This document shows positions 1 through 7,843 of a DNA stretch of 32,000 nucleotides, one piece after another (position 1 is the stretch's first letter; every line of letters begins with the position of its first letter). The position numbers and the translations under genes are program-made. Origin of the DNA: Kineococcus radiotolerans SRS30216 = ATCC BAA-149 (lineage in GTDB: Bacteria; Actinomycetota; Actinomycetes; Actinomycetales; Kineococcaceae). The notes below the pieces were generated by a model that saw nothing but the letters and a program-made list of their open reading frames with translations, was not told where the DNA came from and searched no databases. The DNA is taken from positions 2,400,001 through 2,432,000 of the forward strand of contig NC_009664.2 of NCBI RefSeq assembly GCF_000017305.1, read 5' to 3'.

Positions 1-779
1 CCCCCACCGAGCTGGTCTACCTCGTGCTGGCCGGGCTGCTGGCGCTCGCCGCCGTCGGGACCGCCCTCACCCCCGACGTCGTCGAGCGGGTGCCCGGGGC
101 GCTGGCCTCGCTCAAGCCCGTCGTGCGGCTGCCCGCGGCCTCCCGCGCCGCCTTCACCACCTACCTGCCGGGCTTCCTCGGCAGCTGGGGCCTGGGCGGG
201 CTGTGCATGGGCCTGGGGCCCTCGGTCGTCGCGGGCGTCCTCGGGATCCACGACCACGTCGCGGGCGGGCTCGTCGTCGCCGCCGTCGCCGGCGTCGGCG
301 CCGTGACGGGCGTCCTCACCCGCCACGTCGCCCCCGCCCGGGTGATGACCCTGGGGATGTCCACCCTCGTCGTCGGCCCGGTGCTGCTCGCCCTGGGCGT
401 CCACGCGGTCTCGACCCCGCTGTTCTTCGCCGGGGCGCTGGTGGCCGGGATCGGCTTCGGCGCCGGCTTCCAGGGCGCGCTGCGCGGGGTGCTGGCCACC
501 GCGCCCGCCCACGAGCGGGCGGGGGTCCTGGCCGCGGTCTACGTCGTCAGCTACCTCGTCTTCGGGGTCCCCGCGGTCGTCGCGGGCCTGCTCGCCACGC
601 GGATCGGGCTGTCCGAGGTCGTCACCGGGTACGCCGGCCTCGTCGTGCTCGCCGGGGTCGCCGGCCTCCTCCTGGGCCGGGCCGAGCGCCGCCGCGCCGC
701 CGCCGGGGTCCCCGCGCCGCGCAGGCCCGCGCCCGCGGGCAGCCCGCTCGAGGGTTCCGGCCCCGCCCCGCGCGGCTGA
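1..779 (+). CDS. MFS-type integral membrane transporter, C-terminal part (5' end outside window)
   Basis: The frame is open back to base 3 (PTELVYLVLAGLL...), so the M listed at 24 is internal. About six hydrophobic G/A/V/L-rich helices are followed by an Arg/Pro-rich tail, with stop TGA at 777-779. Codon position 3 is almost all G/C. The family call rests on topology and composition only. Confidence 0.6.
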   Translation, partial: PTELVYLVLAGLLALAAVGTALTPDVVERVPGALASLKPVVRLPAASRAAFTTYLPGFLGSWGLGGLCMGLGPSVVAGVLGIHDHVAGGLVVAAVAGVGAVTGVLTRHVAPARVMTLGMSTLVVGPVLLALGVHAVSTPLFFAGALVAGIGFGAGFQGALRGVLATAPAHERAGVLAAVYVVSYLVFGVPAVVAGLLATRIGLSEVVTGYAGLVVLAGVAGLLLGRAERRRAAAGVPAPRRPAPAGSPLEGSGPAPRG

Positions 780-839
780 GCGCCGCTACCGTGCAGGGGT
801 GAGATCAAGCGGACGTCCCGACCTGCCGATCACCGGCCC

Positions 840-1088
840 GTGAGCCTCCACGCCGGTCAGCACATCGCCTTCAGCGGCCACTTCCTCGCCCCGCGCGCCG
901 ACCTCGCCGCCCGTGCCCGCGCCGCCGGGCTCCACGTCGACCCCGCGGTCACCGAGCGCACCGACGTCGTCGTCGCCAACGACGCCGGGTCCGGGGCGCC
1001 CGCCGTCCGGGCGGCGATCGCGCACGGCATCCCGCTGCTGGACGAGTACTCCTTCGACGACCTGCTCAGCGCCACCGCCTGCGGCTAG
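840..1088 (+). CDS. Standalone BRCT-domain protein (82 aa)
   Basis: GTG start at 840. The sequence follows the BRCT pattern: GQHIAFSGHF..RADLAARARAAGLHV..VTERTDVVVAND...AVRAAIAHGIPLLDEYSFDDLL. There is no clear SD, so the start is uncertain. The antisense ORF 786-1217 is Gly/Arg/Pro-rich shadow. Confidence 0.55.
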   Translation: MSLHAGQHIAFSGHFLAPRADLAARARAAGLHVDPAVTERTDVVVANDAGSGAPAVRAAIAHGIPLLDEYSFDDLLSATACG

Positions 1089-1136
1089 CACCTCCGCCCC
1101 CTCCCCGGGCGGCGGCCGGGCAGCGTGCCCACCCGC

Positions 1137-1152
1137 GTGACACGCCCGAAAC
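1137..1152 (+). promoter_or_regulatory. Candidate GlnR box (GTGAC-N6-GAAAC) upstream of the amino-acid permease
   Basis: GTGAC (1137-1141), acgccc, GAAAC (1148-1152). It lies 83-98 bp upstream of ATG 1235 in sense orientation. It matches the a-site/b-site arrangement gTnAc-n6-GaAAc described for actinomycete GlnR. Only one full a/b pair is present. Confidence 0.35.
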
Positions 1153-1234
1153 ACCGTGAGCATGCGTCGGACACCCGGAAGTGGTTCCCTTCCCCCGTCC
1201 ATCTCGCGATGAAGCACCGTGGAAGGGAACCCGC

Positions 1235-2722
1235 ATGTCCGTCGAAAAGGACACCGGACCAGGGGTCGGGGTGCAGCGCGACTTCTCGCACGAGGACGGC
1301 GGCCTGCACAAGGGCCTGAAGAACCGGCAGCTGCAGATGATCGCCATCGGCGGGGCCATCGGCACCGGCCTCTTCCTCGGGGCGGGCGGGCGGCTCGTCA
1401 CCGCCGGGCCGGGGCTGTTCATCGTCTACGGCGTCTGCGGCTTCTTCGTCTTCCTCATCCTCCGCGCCCTGGGCGAGCTCGTCCTGCACCGGCCCTCCTC
1501 GGGCTCGTTCGTCTCCTACGCCCGCGAGTTCTACGGCGAGAAGGCGGCCTTCGTCGCCGGCTGGATGTACTGGTTCAACTGGGCGATGACCGCGATCGTC
1601 GACATCACCGCGATCGCCACCTACATGCACTTCTGGGACACGTTCTCCGCCGCGCCCCAGTGGCTGCTGGCCCTCATCGCCCTCGTCGTCGTCCTCGGCC
1701 TCAACCTCGTCTCGGTCAAGATCTTCGGCGAGATGGAGTTCTGGTTCGCCCTCATCAAGGTCATCGCCCTGACGGCGTTCCTGCTCATCGGCATCGTCTT
1801 CCTCGCCGGCCGCTTCCCCGTCGAGGGGCAGCCGACCGGGCTCAGCGTCATCAGCGGCAACGGCGGCTGGTTCCCGACCGGCGCCGTCCCCCTCGTCGTC
1901 GTCGTCTCCGGCGTCGTCTTCGCCTACGCGGCCGTCGAGCTCGTCGGCACCGCCGCGGGGGAGACCGAGAACCCCGAGAAGATCATGCCGCGGGCGATCA
2001 ACACCGTGATCCTGCGCATCGTCGTCTTCTACTGCGGCTCGCTCGTCCTGCTCGCCCTGCTGCTGCCCCACACCGCCTACTCCGCCGACGAGAGCCCCTT
2101 CGTCACGTTCTTCTCCAAGATCGGCGTCCCCGGTGCCGGTGACGTCATGAACTTCGTCGTCCTCACCTCGGCGCTGTCCAGCCTGAACGCCGGGCTGTAC
2201 TCCACCGGGCGCATCGTCCGCTCGATGGCGCAGAACGGCTCCGCGCCGAAGTTCACGGCCAAGCTCAACAAGGGCGGCGTCCCCTTCGGCGGCATCGCCA
2301 TCACCGGCGTCGTCGCCGTCCTCGGCGTCGGCCTCAACTACGTCGCCCCCGGCCGGGCCTTCGAGATCGTCCTCAACGCCTCCGCGCTGGGCATCATCGC
2401 CAGCTGGGGCACGATCGTGCTCTGCCAGCTGCGCCTGCACGCGTGGTCGAAGAAGGGCATCGTCACCCGCCCCGACTACCGCCTCTTCGGCGCGCCCTAC
2501 ACCGGCTACCTGGTGCTGGCCTTCCTCGTCGCGGTCCTGGGGATCATGGCCTACGACGAGGACAGCCGTCCCACGGTCTACGCCCTCGGCGTGATCGTCC
2601 CGCTGCTCGTCCTCGGCTGGTTCGCCGTGCGCAAGCGCGTCCTCGCCGCCGCGGAGGAGCGCATGGGCTACACCGGCGAGTTCCCGGTCAAGGCCAACCG
2701 CCCCGCCGACGGCGGGAAGTAG
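1235..2722 (+). CDS. APC-superfamily amino acid permease (AnsP/CycA/AroP-like)
   Basis: ATG 1235 is preceded by GGAAGGG (1221-1227). The signature [24 protein letters not shown] is present, with about 12 TM helices. Only about 3 of the first ~100 codons end in A/T (hand count). The ORF-track start at 1181 lacks an RBS. Confidence 0.9.
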   Translation: MSVEKDTGPGVGVQRDFSHEDGGLHKGLKNRQLQMIAIGGAIGTGLFLGAGGRLVTAGPGLFIVYGVCGFFVFLILRALGELVLHRPSSGSFVSYAREFYGEKAAFVAGWMYWFNWAMTAIVDITAIATYMHFWDTFSAAPQWLLALIALVVVLGLNLVSVKIFGEMEFWFALIKVIALTAFLLIGIVFLAGRFPVEGQPTGLSVISGNGGWFPTGAVPLVVVVSGVVFAYAAVELVGTAAGETENPEKIMPRAINTVILRIVVFYCGSLVLLALLLPHTAYSADESPFVTFFSKIGVPGAGDVMNFVVLTSALSSLNAGLYSTGRIVRSMAQNGSAPKFTAKLNKGGVPFGGIAITGVVAVLGVGLNYVAPGRAFEIVLNASALGIIASWGTIVLCQLRLHAWSKKGIVTRPDYRLFGAPYTGYLVLAFLVAVLGIMAYDEDSRPTVYALGVIVPLLVLGWFAVRKRVLAAAEERMGYTGEFPVKANRPADGGK

Positions 2723-2741
2723 GACCCCGCCCCGGAACGAA

Positions 2742-2793
2742 CAGGACGCCGTCGCCCCCCGCGCCCTAGGCTGCGGGGGACGGCGGCGTCCTG
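2742..2793 (+). terminator. Stem-loop terminator candidate downstream of the permease
   Basis: Bases 2742-2762 pair with 2773-2793, giving a 21-position stem with 1 mismatch and 1 G-U and a 10-nt loop. It begins 20 nt after the stop. There is no U-tract, which is common in high-GC actinobacteria. Confidence 0.5.
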
Positions 2794-2859
2794 CCGCGTC
2801 CTGCCCCGCCCGGCGCTGTGCGGTGCACCCTCGACGAGGCCCCTGAGGACACCCTGCGC

Positions 2860-4182
2860 ATGACCGCGCCCCCCACCGAGCCCAGCACCCAGCCCACCCA
2901 GCGCACCCGCCGGACCGCCGCCGCGCGTCCCGCCCCCCGCACCCCCTCCACGGCCGGACTCGTCGTCCTGCTCGGCGCCATGGCCGCGCTGGGCGCGGTG
3001 ACGATCGACCTCTACCTGCCCTCCCTGCCCGAGGTCGCGGTCGACCTCGGCACCACCGAGGCCCGCACCCAGCTGACGATCACCGGCGTCCTCGTCGGCG
3101 CCGGCCTCGGCCAGCTCGTCGTCGGGCCGCTCTCCGACGCCTACGGGCGCCGCCGGCCCGCCGCCGTCGGGTTCGTCGTCTACGTCGTCGCGACCCTGCT
3201 GTGCGCGGTCGCCCCGAACCTGCCCGCCCTGGTCGCCTTCCGCGTCCTGTCCGGGGTCGGCGCCTCCGCCGGGGCCGTCATCGGCATGGCCGTCATCCGC
3301 GACCTCTTCGTGGGCCCGGCCGCCGCCCGGCTGCAGTCCCGCCTCGTCCTCGTCATCGGGGTCGCCCCCCTCTTCGCACCCACCGTCGGCGGCGCCATCG
3401 CCGCGCACACCGGCTGGCGCCCCGTGCTCGCCCTGCTCGCCGTCGCCGGGCTCGGCGTCCTGATCGCCGTGTGGCGCAGGCTGCCCGAGACCCGTCCCGA
3501 GCTCACCGACACCCCCGCGCAGGCCCGCGCCGAGGAGGAGCGCGCCCCCGTCACCCCGCCGCGGGGCGCCCGGGTGCTGCGCACCTTCACCGGCTACGGC
3601 GCCCTGCTGCGCGACCGCCGGTTCCTCGCCCTCGCGGCCATGCCCGGTCTCGCCCTGGCCACGATCATGGCCTACGTCTCGACGTCGGTCTTCGTCCTCC
3701 AGGACGGCTTCGGCCTCAGCGGCACCGGGTTCGCCGTCTACTTCGCCGTCAACGGCACCGCCCTCGTCGGCGGGTCCCAGCTCAACGCGGCCCTGGTCGG
3801 GCGCTTCGGCTCCGCCCGCCTGCTGCGCGTCGGGGTGGCCGCGGCGTTCGTCTTCGGCCTCGCCCTCGCGGGCGTGCTGATGGCCCGCACCGACGAGCTG
3901 CTCCTCTTCGCCGTCCCGCTCTACCTGCTGCTGCTGGTCCTCGGCCTGATCATGCCCAACGCCGTGACCCTGGCCCTGGAGCCCTACGGCGACAGCGCCG
4001 GCGCCGCCGCCGCCCTGGTCACCGCGCTGCAGTCCGGCATCGGCGGTCTCGTCGGCGTCCTCGTCGGGGTCCTCGGCGGCGACGAGCACGCCACCGGCCT
4101 CGTCATCGGCGCCGCGGTCGTGCTCAACGTGGTCCTCCTGCTCTCGGTCTCGCGCTCGATCCGCCCTAGTGTGAGGACATGA
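2860..4182 (+). CDS. MFS drug-resistance transporter, Bcr/CflA-like
   Basis: Twelve-TM profile with MFS motif A-like GPLSDAYGRRRP after TM2. ATG 2860 follows GAGGAC (2845-2850). GTG 2818 is an alternative start. The stop TGA 4180-4182 overlaps the next gene's ATG (ATGA). Confidence 0.85.
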   Translation: MTAPPTEPSTQPTQRTRRTAAARPAPRTPSTAGLVVLLGAMAALGAVTIDLYLPSLPEVAVDLGTTEARTQLTITGVLVGAGLGQLVVGPLSDAYGRRRPAAVGFVVYVVATLLCAVAPNLPALVAFRVLSGVGASAGAVIGMAVIRDLFVGPAAARLQSRLVLVIGVAPLFAPTVGGAIAAHTGWRPVLALLAVAGLGVLIAVWRRLPETRPELTDTPAQARAEEERAPVTPPRGARVLRTFTGYGALLRDRRFLALAAMPGLALATIMAYVSTSVFVLQDGFGLSGTGFAVYFAVNGTALVGGSQLNAALVGRFGSARLLRVGVAAAFVFGLALAGVLMARTDELLLFAVPLYLLLLVLGLIMPNAVTLALEPYGDSAGAAAALVTALQSGIGGLVGVLVGVLGGDEHATGLVIGAAVVLNVVLLLSVSRSIRPSVRT

Positions 4183-6158
4183 GCTCGATCACGGACGCCC
4201 AGCCCGCGGGCAGCGACGTCGACCCCTCGGTCCGCCCCCAGGACGACCTCTTCCGCCACGTCAACGGCCGCTGGCTCGCCACGACGGAGATCCCGGACGA
4301 CCGCGCCGTCGACGGCGCGTTCGTCCGGCTGCGCGACGAGTCCGAGGCCGAGTGCCGCGTCATCGTCGAGGCCGCGGCGGCCGCCGCCGCGGCCGGGCGG
4401 GCCGAGGCCGGCAGCGTCCAGCAGAAGATCGGCGACCTCTACGCCAGCTTCATGGACACCGAGCGCATCGAGGCCCTCGGCGCCACCCCGCTGGACCCCG
4501 AGCTCGCCGCCGTGGACGCGGTCACCGACCACGCCGGCCTCGTCCGCCTGCTCGGCACCTTCGAGCGCTCCGGGGTCGGGGGCCCCTTCGCCTACTGGGT
4601 CGACACCGACAACGCCAAGTCCGACGAGTACGTCGTCTACCTCACCCAGTCCGGCCTCGGCCTGCCCGACGAGTCGTACTACCGCGAGGAGCAGTACGCC
4701 GCGATCCGCGAGGCCTACACCGGCCACGTCGAGCGCATCCTCACCCTCGGCGGCCGCCCCGACCCGGCGGGTTCCGCCCAGCGGGTCCTGGCCCTGGAGA
4801 CGGCGCTCGCCGCCCACCACTGGGACCGGGTGCGCAACCGCGACGCGAACGCGACCTACAACAAGGTCGACCGCGCGGGCCTGGAGGCGCTGCTGCCGGG
4901 GATCGACCTCGCGAGCTGGCTGGCCGCGGCCCGGCTGCCCGACTCCGCCTTCGCGCAGGTCGTCGTCCGCCAGCCCAGCTACCTCACGGGGATGGCCGAG
5001 GTCCTGCTCGCGACGCCCGTCGAGACGTGGCGCGAGTGGCTGGCCTGGCGCGTCCTGCACGGCAGCGCGGCGTTCCTGTCCGCGGACTTCGTCGCGGAGA
5101 ACTTCGCCTTCTACGGCACGACGCTGACCGGTGCCCCGCAGCTGCGCGAGCGCTGGAAGCGCGGCATCGGCCTCGTCGAGGGCAGCCTCGGCGAGGCGCT
5201 GGGCGAGCTCTACGTCGCCGAGCACTTCCCGCCGGCGGCGAAGGCCCGCATGGAGGAGCTCGTCGCGAACCTCGTCGAGGCCTACCGCCAGGACATCGAG
5301 GCCCTGGACTGGATGACCCGGGAGACGAAGGACCGGGCGCTGGAGAAGCTCGCGCAGTTCACCCCGAAGATCGGGCACCCCGACACCTGGCGCGACTACT
5401 CGGCCCTGACGATCGAGCGCGAGGACCTGCTCGGCAACGTCCGGCGCGCCTTCGCCTTCGAGGTGGAGCGCGAGCTCGCGAAGCTCGGTGCGCCGGTGGA
5501 CCGCTCCGAGTGGTTCATGACCCCCCAGACGGTCAACGCGTACTACAACCCCGGCATGAACGAGATCGTCTTCCCCGCGGCGATCCTGCGCCCGCCGTTC
5601 TTCTCCCTGGACGCCGACGACGCCGAGAACTACGGCGGCATCGGTGCGGTCATCGGCCACGAGATCGGCCACGGCTTCGACGACCAGGGCTCCAAGTACG
5701 ACGGCTCCGGCAACCTCGAGGACTGGTGGACCGACGCCGACCGCGAGGAGTTCGGGAAGCGGACGCAGGCGCTCATCGCCCAGTACGACGCCCTGGAGCC
5801 GCCGGAGACCCCGGGCCAGCACGTCAACGGCTCGCTGACGGTGGGGGAGAACATCGGTGACCTCGGCGGCCTGACGATCGCGCACAAGGCCTACGAGATC
5901 GCCCTGGGCGGCCGGGAGGCGCCGGTCGTGGACGGGCTCACCGGCTCGCAGCGGTTGTTCTTCGGCTGGGCGAAGGTCTGGTGCGGCAAGGTCCGCCCCG
6001 CGGAGGTGGAGCGCCGCCTGGCGGTGGACCCGCACTCCCCGCCGGAGTTCCGCTGCAACGCCGTGGTGCGCAACCTCGTCGAGTTCCACGACGCCTTCGG
6101 CACGCAGCCGGGGGACGGCCTGTGGCTGGACCCGGAGGAGCGCGTCCGCATCTGGTGA
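4179..6158 (+). CDS. pepO: M13-family zinc metallopeptidase (PepO / neprilysin-like)
   Basis: HExxH zinc motif VIGHEIGHGFD, the second zinc-ligand motif GENIGDLGG, and family-typical RPQDDLFRHVNGRWL near the N-terminus and NAYYNP. No signal peptide or TM helix is seen. Confidence 0.9.
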   Translation: MSSITDAQPAGSDVDPSVRPQDDLFRHVNGRWLATTEIPDDRAVDGAFVRLRDESEAECRVIVEAAAAAAAAGRAEAGSVQQKIGDLYASFMDTERIEALGATPLDPELAAVDAVTDHAGLVRLLGTFERSGVGGPFAYWVDTDNAKSDEYVVYLTQSGLGLPDESYYREEQYAAIREAYTGHVERILTLGGRPDPAGSAQRVLALETALAAHHWDRVRNRDANATYNKVDRAGLEALLPGIDLASWLAAARLPDSAFAQVVVRQPSYLTGMAEVLLATPVETWREWLAWRVLHGSAAFLSADFVAENFAFYGTTLTGAPQLRERWKRGIGLVEGSLGEALGELYVAEHFPPAAKARMEELVANLVEAYRQDIEALDWMTRETKDRALEKLAQFTPKIGHPDTWRDYSALTIEREDLLGNVRRAFAFEVERELAKLGAPVDRSEWFMTPQTVNAYYNPGMNEIVFPAAILRPPFFSLDADDAENYGGIGAVIGHEIGHGFDDQGSKYDGSGNLEDWWTDADREEFGKRTQALIAQYDALEPPETPGQHVNGSLTVGENIGDLGGLTIAHKAYEIALGGREAPVVDGLTGSQRLFFGWAKVWCGKVRPAEVERRLAVDPHSPPEFRCNAVVRNLVEFHDAFGTQPGDGLWLDPEERVRIW

Positions 6159-6171
6159 GGCGGGCGCACCC

Positions 6172-7746
6172 TCAGTCGGCGAGCACCACCTGGTCGCGGC
6201 CGCCCTCCTTGGCCTCGTAGAGGGCCCGGTCGGCGGCGAGCAGGAGCTCGTCGGGGGTGCTCCCGTGGTCGGGGCTGGTGGCGACCCCGGCGCTGACGGT
6301 GATGCGCACCGCCTCCACCTCGACGCGGACCTGCCCGCACGCCGCCCGCAGGACCTCCGCGCGGGCGCGGGCGGCGTCGGCGTCGAGGTGGGGCAGCAGG
6401 ACGACGAACTCCTCCCCGCCGTAGCGGACGACGTCCTCGGGCCGCGCGTGCGTGCTGAGGGCCTGGGCGACGCCGACGAGGACGTCGTCGCCCACGGCGT
6501 GGCCGTGGGTGTCGTTGATGCCCTTGAACCGGTCGACGTCGAGCAGCACCAGGGACAGCGGCTGCCCGGCCGCGGCGGTGGCGGCGAGGCGCTGCGCGAG
6601 GTCGTCGACGAAGCGGCGGCGGTTGCGCAGCCCCGTCAGGGGGTCCCGGGCGGCCTCCTCGGCCAGCTCGGCCCGCAGCTCCTCGATGGTGGCGACCTGC
6701 GCGCGCAGGCGCGCGTTGGCCTCCTCCACCGCGCGCGCCGCGGCGACCTGCGCGGTGACGTCGCGGGCGACGACGACCCGGCCCAGGACCCGCCCCCGGG
6801 GGTCGCGGATCCAGCGGGTGCGGACGTCGACCTGCGTCCCGCCGGCCAGGGTGGCGACGACGTCCCCCTCGCCCTCGCCGACGGCCCGCACCAGGGCGGG
6901 GTCGACCGCCTCGCGGAACGACCGCCCCGCGGCGGTGGCCCCGGGCCACCCCGCACCGTCGAGCAGGTCGCGCCCCGCGGGGTTGACGTCGACGAGCTGG
7001 TCCCGCTCGTCCACGACGAGGACGGCGTCGGAGACGGTGTCGACGACGAGCGAGCGGGCGACGGGGACCAGCCGCAGCAGGTCCTGCTGCAGCACCGCGT
7101 AGGCGAAGAGCACCCCGGTGACGGCGAAGGCGACGGGGGTGACGTCGACGTTGAGCAGGTGCGCGGGGGTGAGGACGACCACGAGGTTGGTGGCGAACGG
7201 CACCGAGACGGCCAGCAGCATCGTGCCGGCCTGCCGGCGCTGCAGACCGCTGCTGCTGCGCCGCAGCTGCCACAGGCTCAGGGCGGTGCTGAGGACGACG
7301 AGGTAGCTGTAGCCGCTGTGCACCCAGAACAGCGGTCCCGGGGTGACGAAGCGCAGCAGCGGGTCGCCGGTGTGCTCGACGGTGGCGTGCAGCAGCCGCC
7401 ACCAGGGGTCGAGGGCCACGACCACCAGCAGGAGCACCGGCTCCACGCTCAGCAGCAGGACCCGCCGCCGGCGCGGGGGGCGCCCGGTGACGGCGTCGGC
7501 GAAGAGCCGGATGCCCAGGACCGCGCCGGCCACCCCGAGGTACTGGGGGAGGACGAGCAGGTCGAGCCAGGGGCGGGGGGTCCCGGCGTTCATCGCGACG
7601 ACGGCGGCGCCCCACAGCGTGACGGCGGCGAGGGTCCCGGTCAGGGGGCCGGCGGCCGGCGTCCCGCGGCGCGCGCGGGCCGCGAGGTACCCCGTCGCCG
7701 CGGTGATCACGCAGGCCAGGGCGACGAGCAGCGCGAGCGGTGCCAT
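6172..7746 (-). CDS. Diguanylate cyclase: N-terminal 7TM sensor region, PAS-like region, GGDEF domain
   Basis: The C-terminus has RYGGEEF and a GGDEF-domain pattern (DPLTGLRNRRRF, DVDRFKGINDTHGH, LYEAKEGGRD). The N-terminal multi-TM block (GPLFWVHSGYSYLVVL) resembles the HisKA_7TM type. ATG 7746 (MAPLALL) is preferred. The extension to 7803 has poor GC3 (5 of 19 codons end in A/T) and no RBS. Confidence 0.85.
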   Translation of the reverse strand: MAPLALLVALACVITAATGYLAARARRGTPAAGPLTGTLAAVTLWGAAVVAMNAGTPRPWLDLLVLPQYLGVAGAVLGIRLFADAVTGRPPRRRRVLLLSVEPVLLLVVVALDPWWRLLHATVEHTGDPLLRFVTPGPLFWVHSGYSYLVVLSTALSLWQLRRSSSGLQRRQAGTMLLAVSVPFATNLVVVLTPAHLLNVDVTPVAFAVTGVLFAYAVLQQDLLRLVPVARSLVVDTVSDAVLVVDERDQLVDVNPAGRDLLDGAGWPGATAAGRSFREAVDPALVRAVGEGEGDVVATLAGGTQVDVRTRWIRDPRGRVLGRVVVARDVTAQVAAARAVEEANARLRAQVATIEELRAELAEEAARDPLTGLRNRRRFVDDLAQRLAATAAAGQPLSLVLLDVDRFKGINDTHGHAVGDDVLVGVAQALSTHARPEDVVRYGGEEFVVLLPHLDADAARARAEVLRAACGQVRVEVEAVRITVSAGVATSPDHGSTPDELLLAADRALYEAKEGGRDQVVLAD

Positions 7747-7843
7747 CGGCGCCGGAGCCTCCCGTCCCGGTGCCGGCCCCGTGGCCGGCCTCCCTCCTGA
7801 CATCGACCGCCGGCGGGCCGCGGAGCAGCCGCCGACCGGGTGG

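Noticed and set aside
1085-7615. Long antisense ORFs (1085-2440, 2668-4089, 3984-6089, 5891-7615) opposite the permease, MFS, pepO and GGDEF genes
   Set aside because: All are extreme in Arg, Gly, Asp, Pro or Ala, lack motifs, and each lies opposite a gene with strong family signatures and near-saturated GC3.
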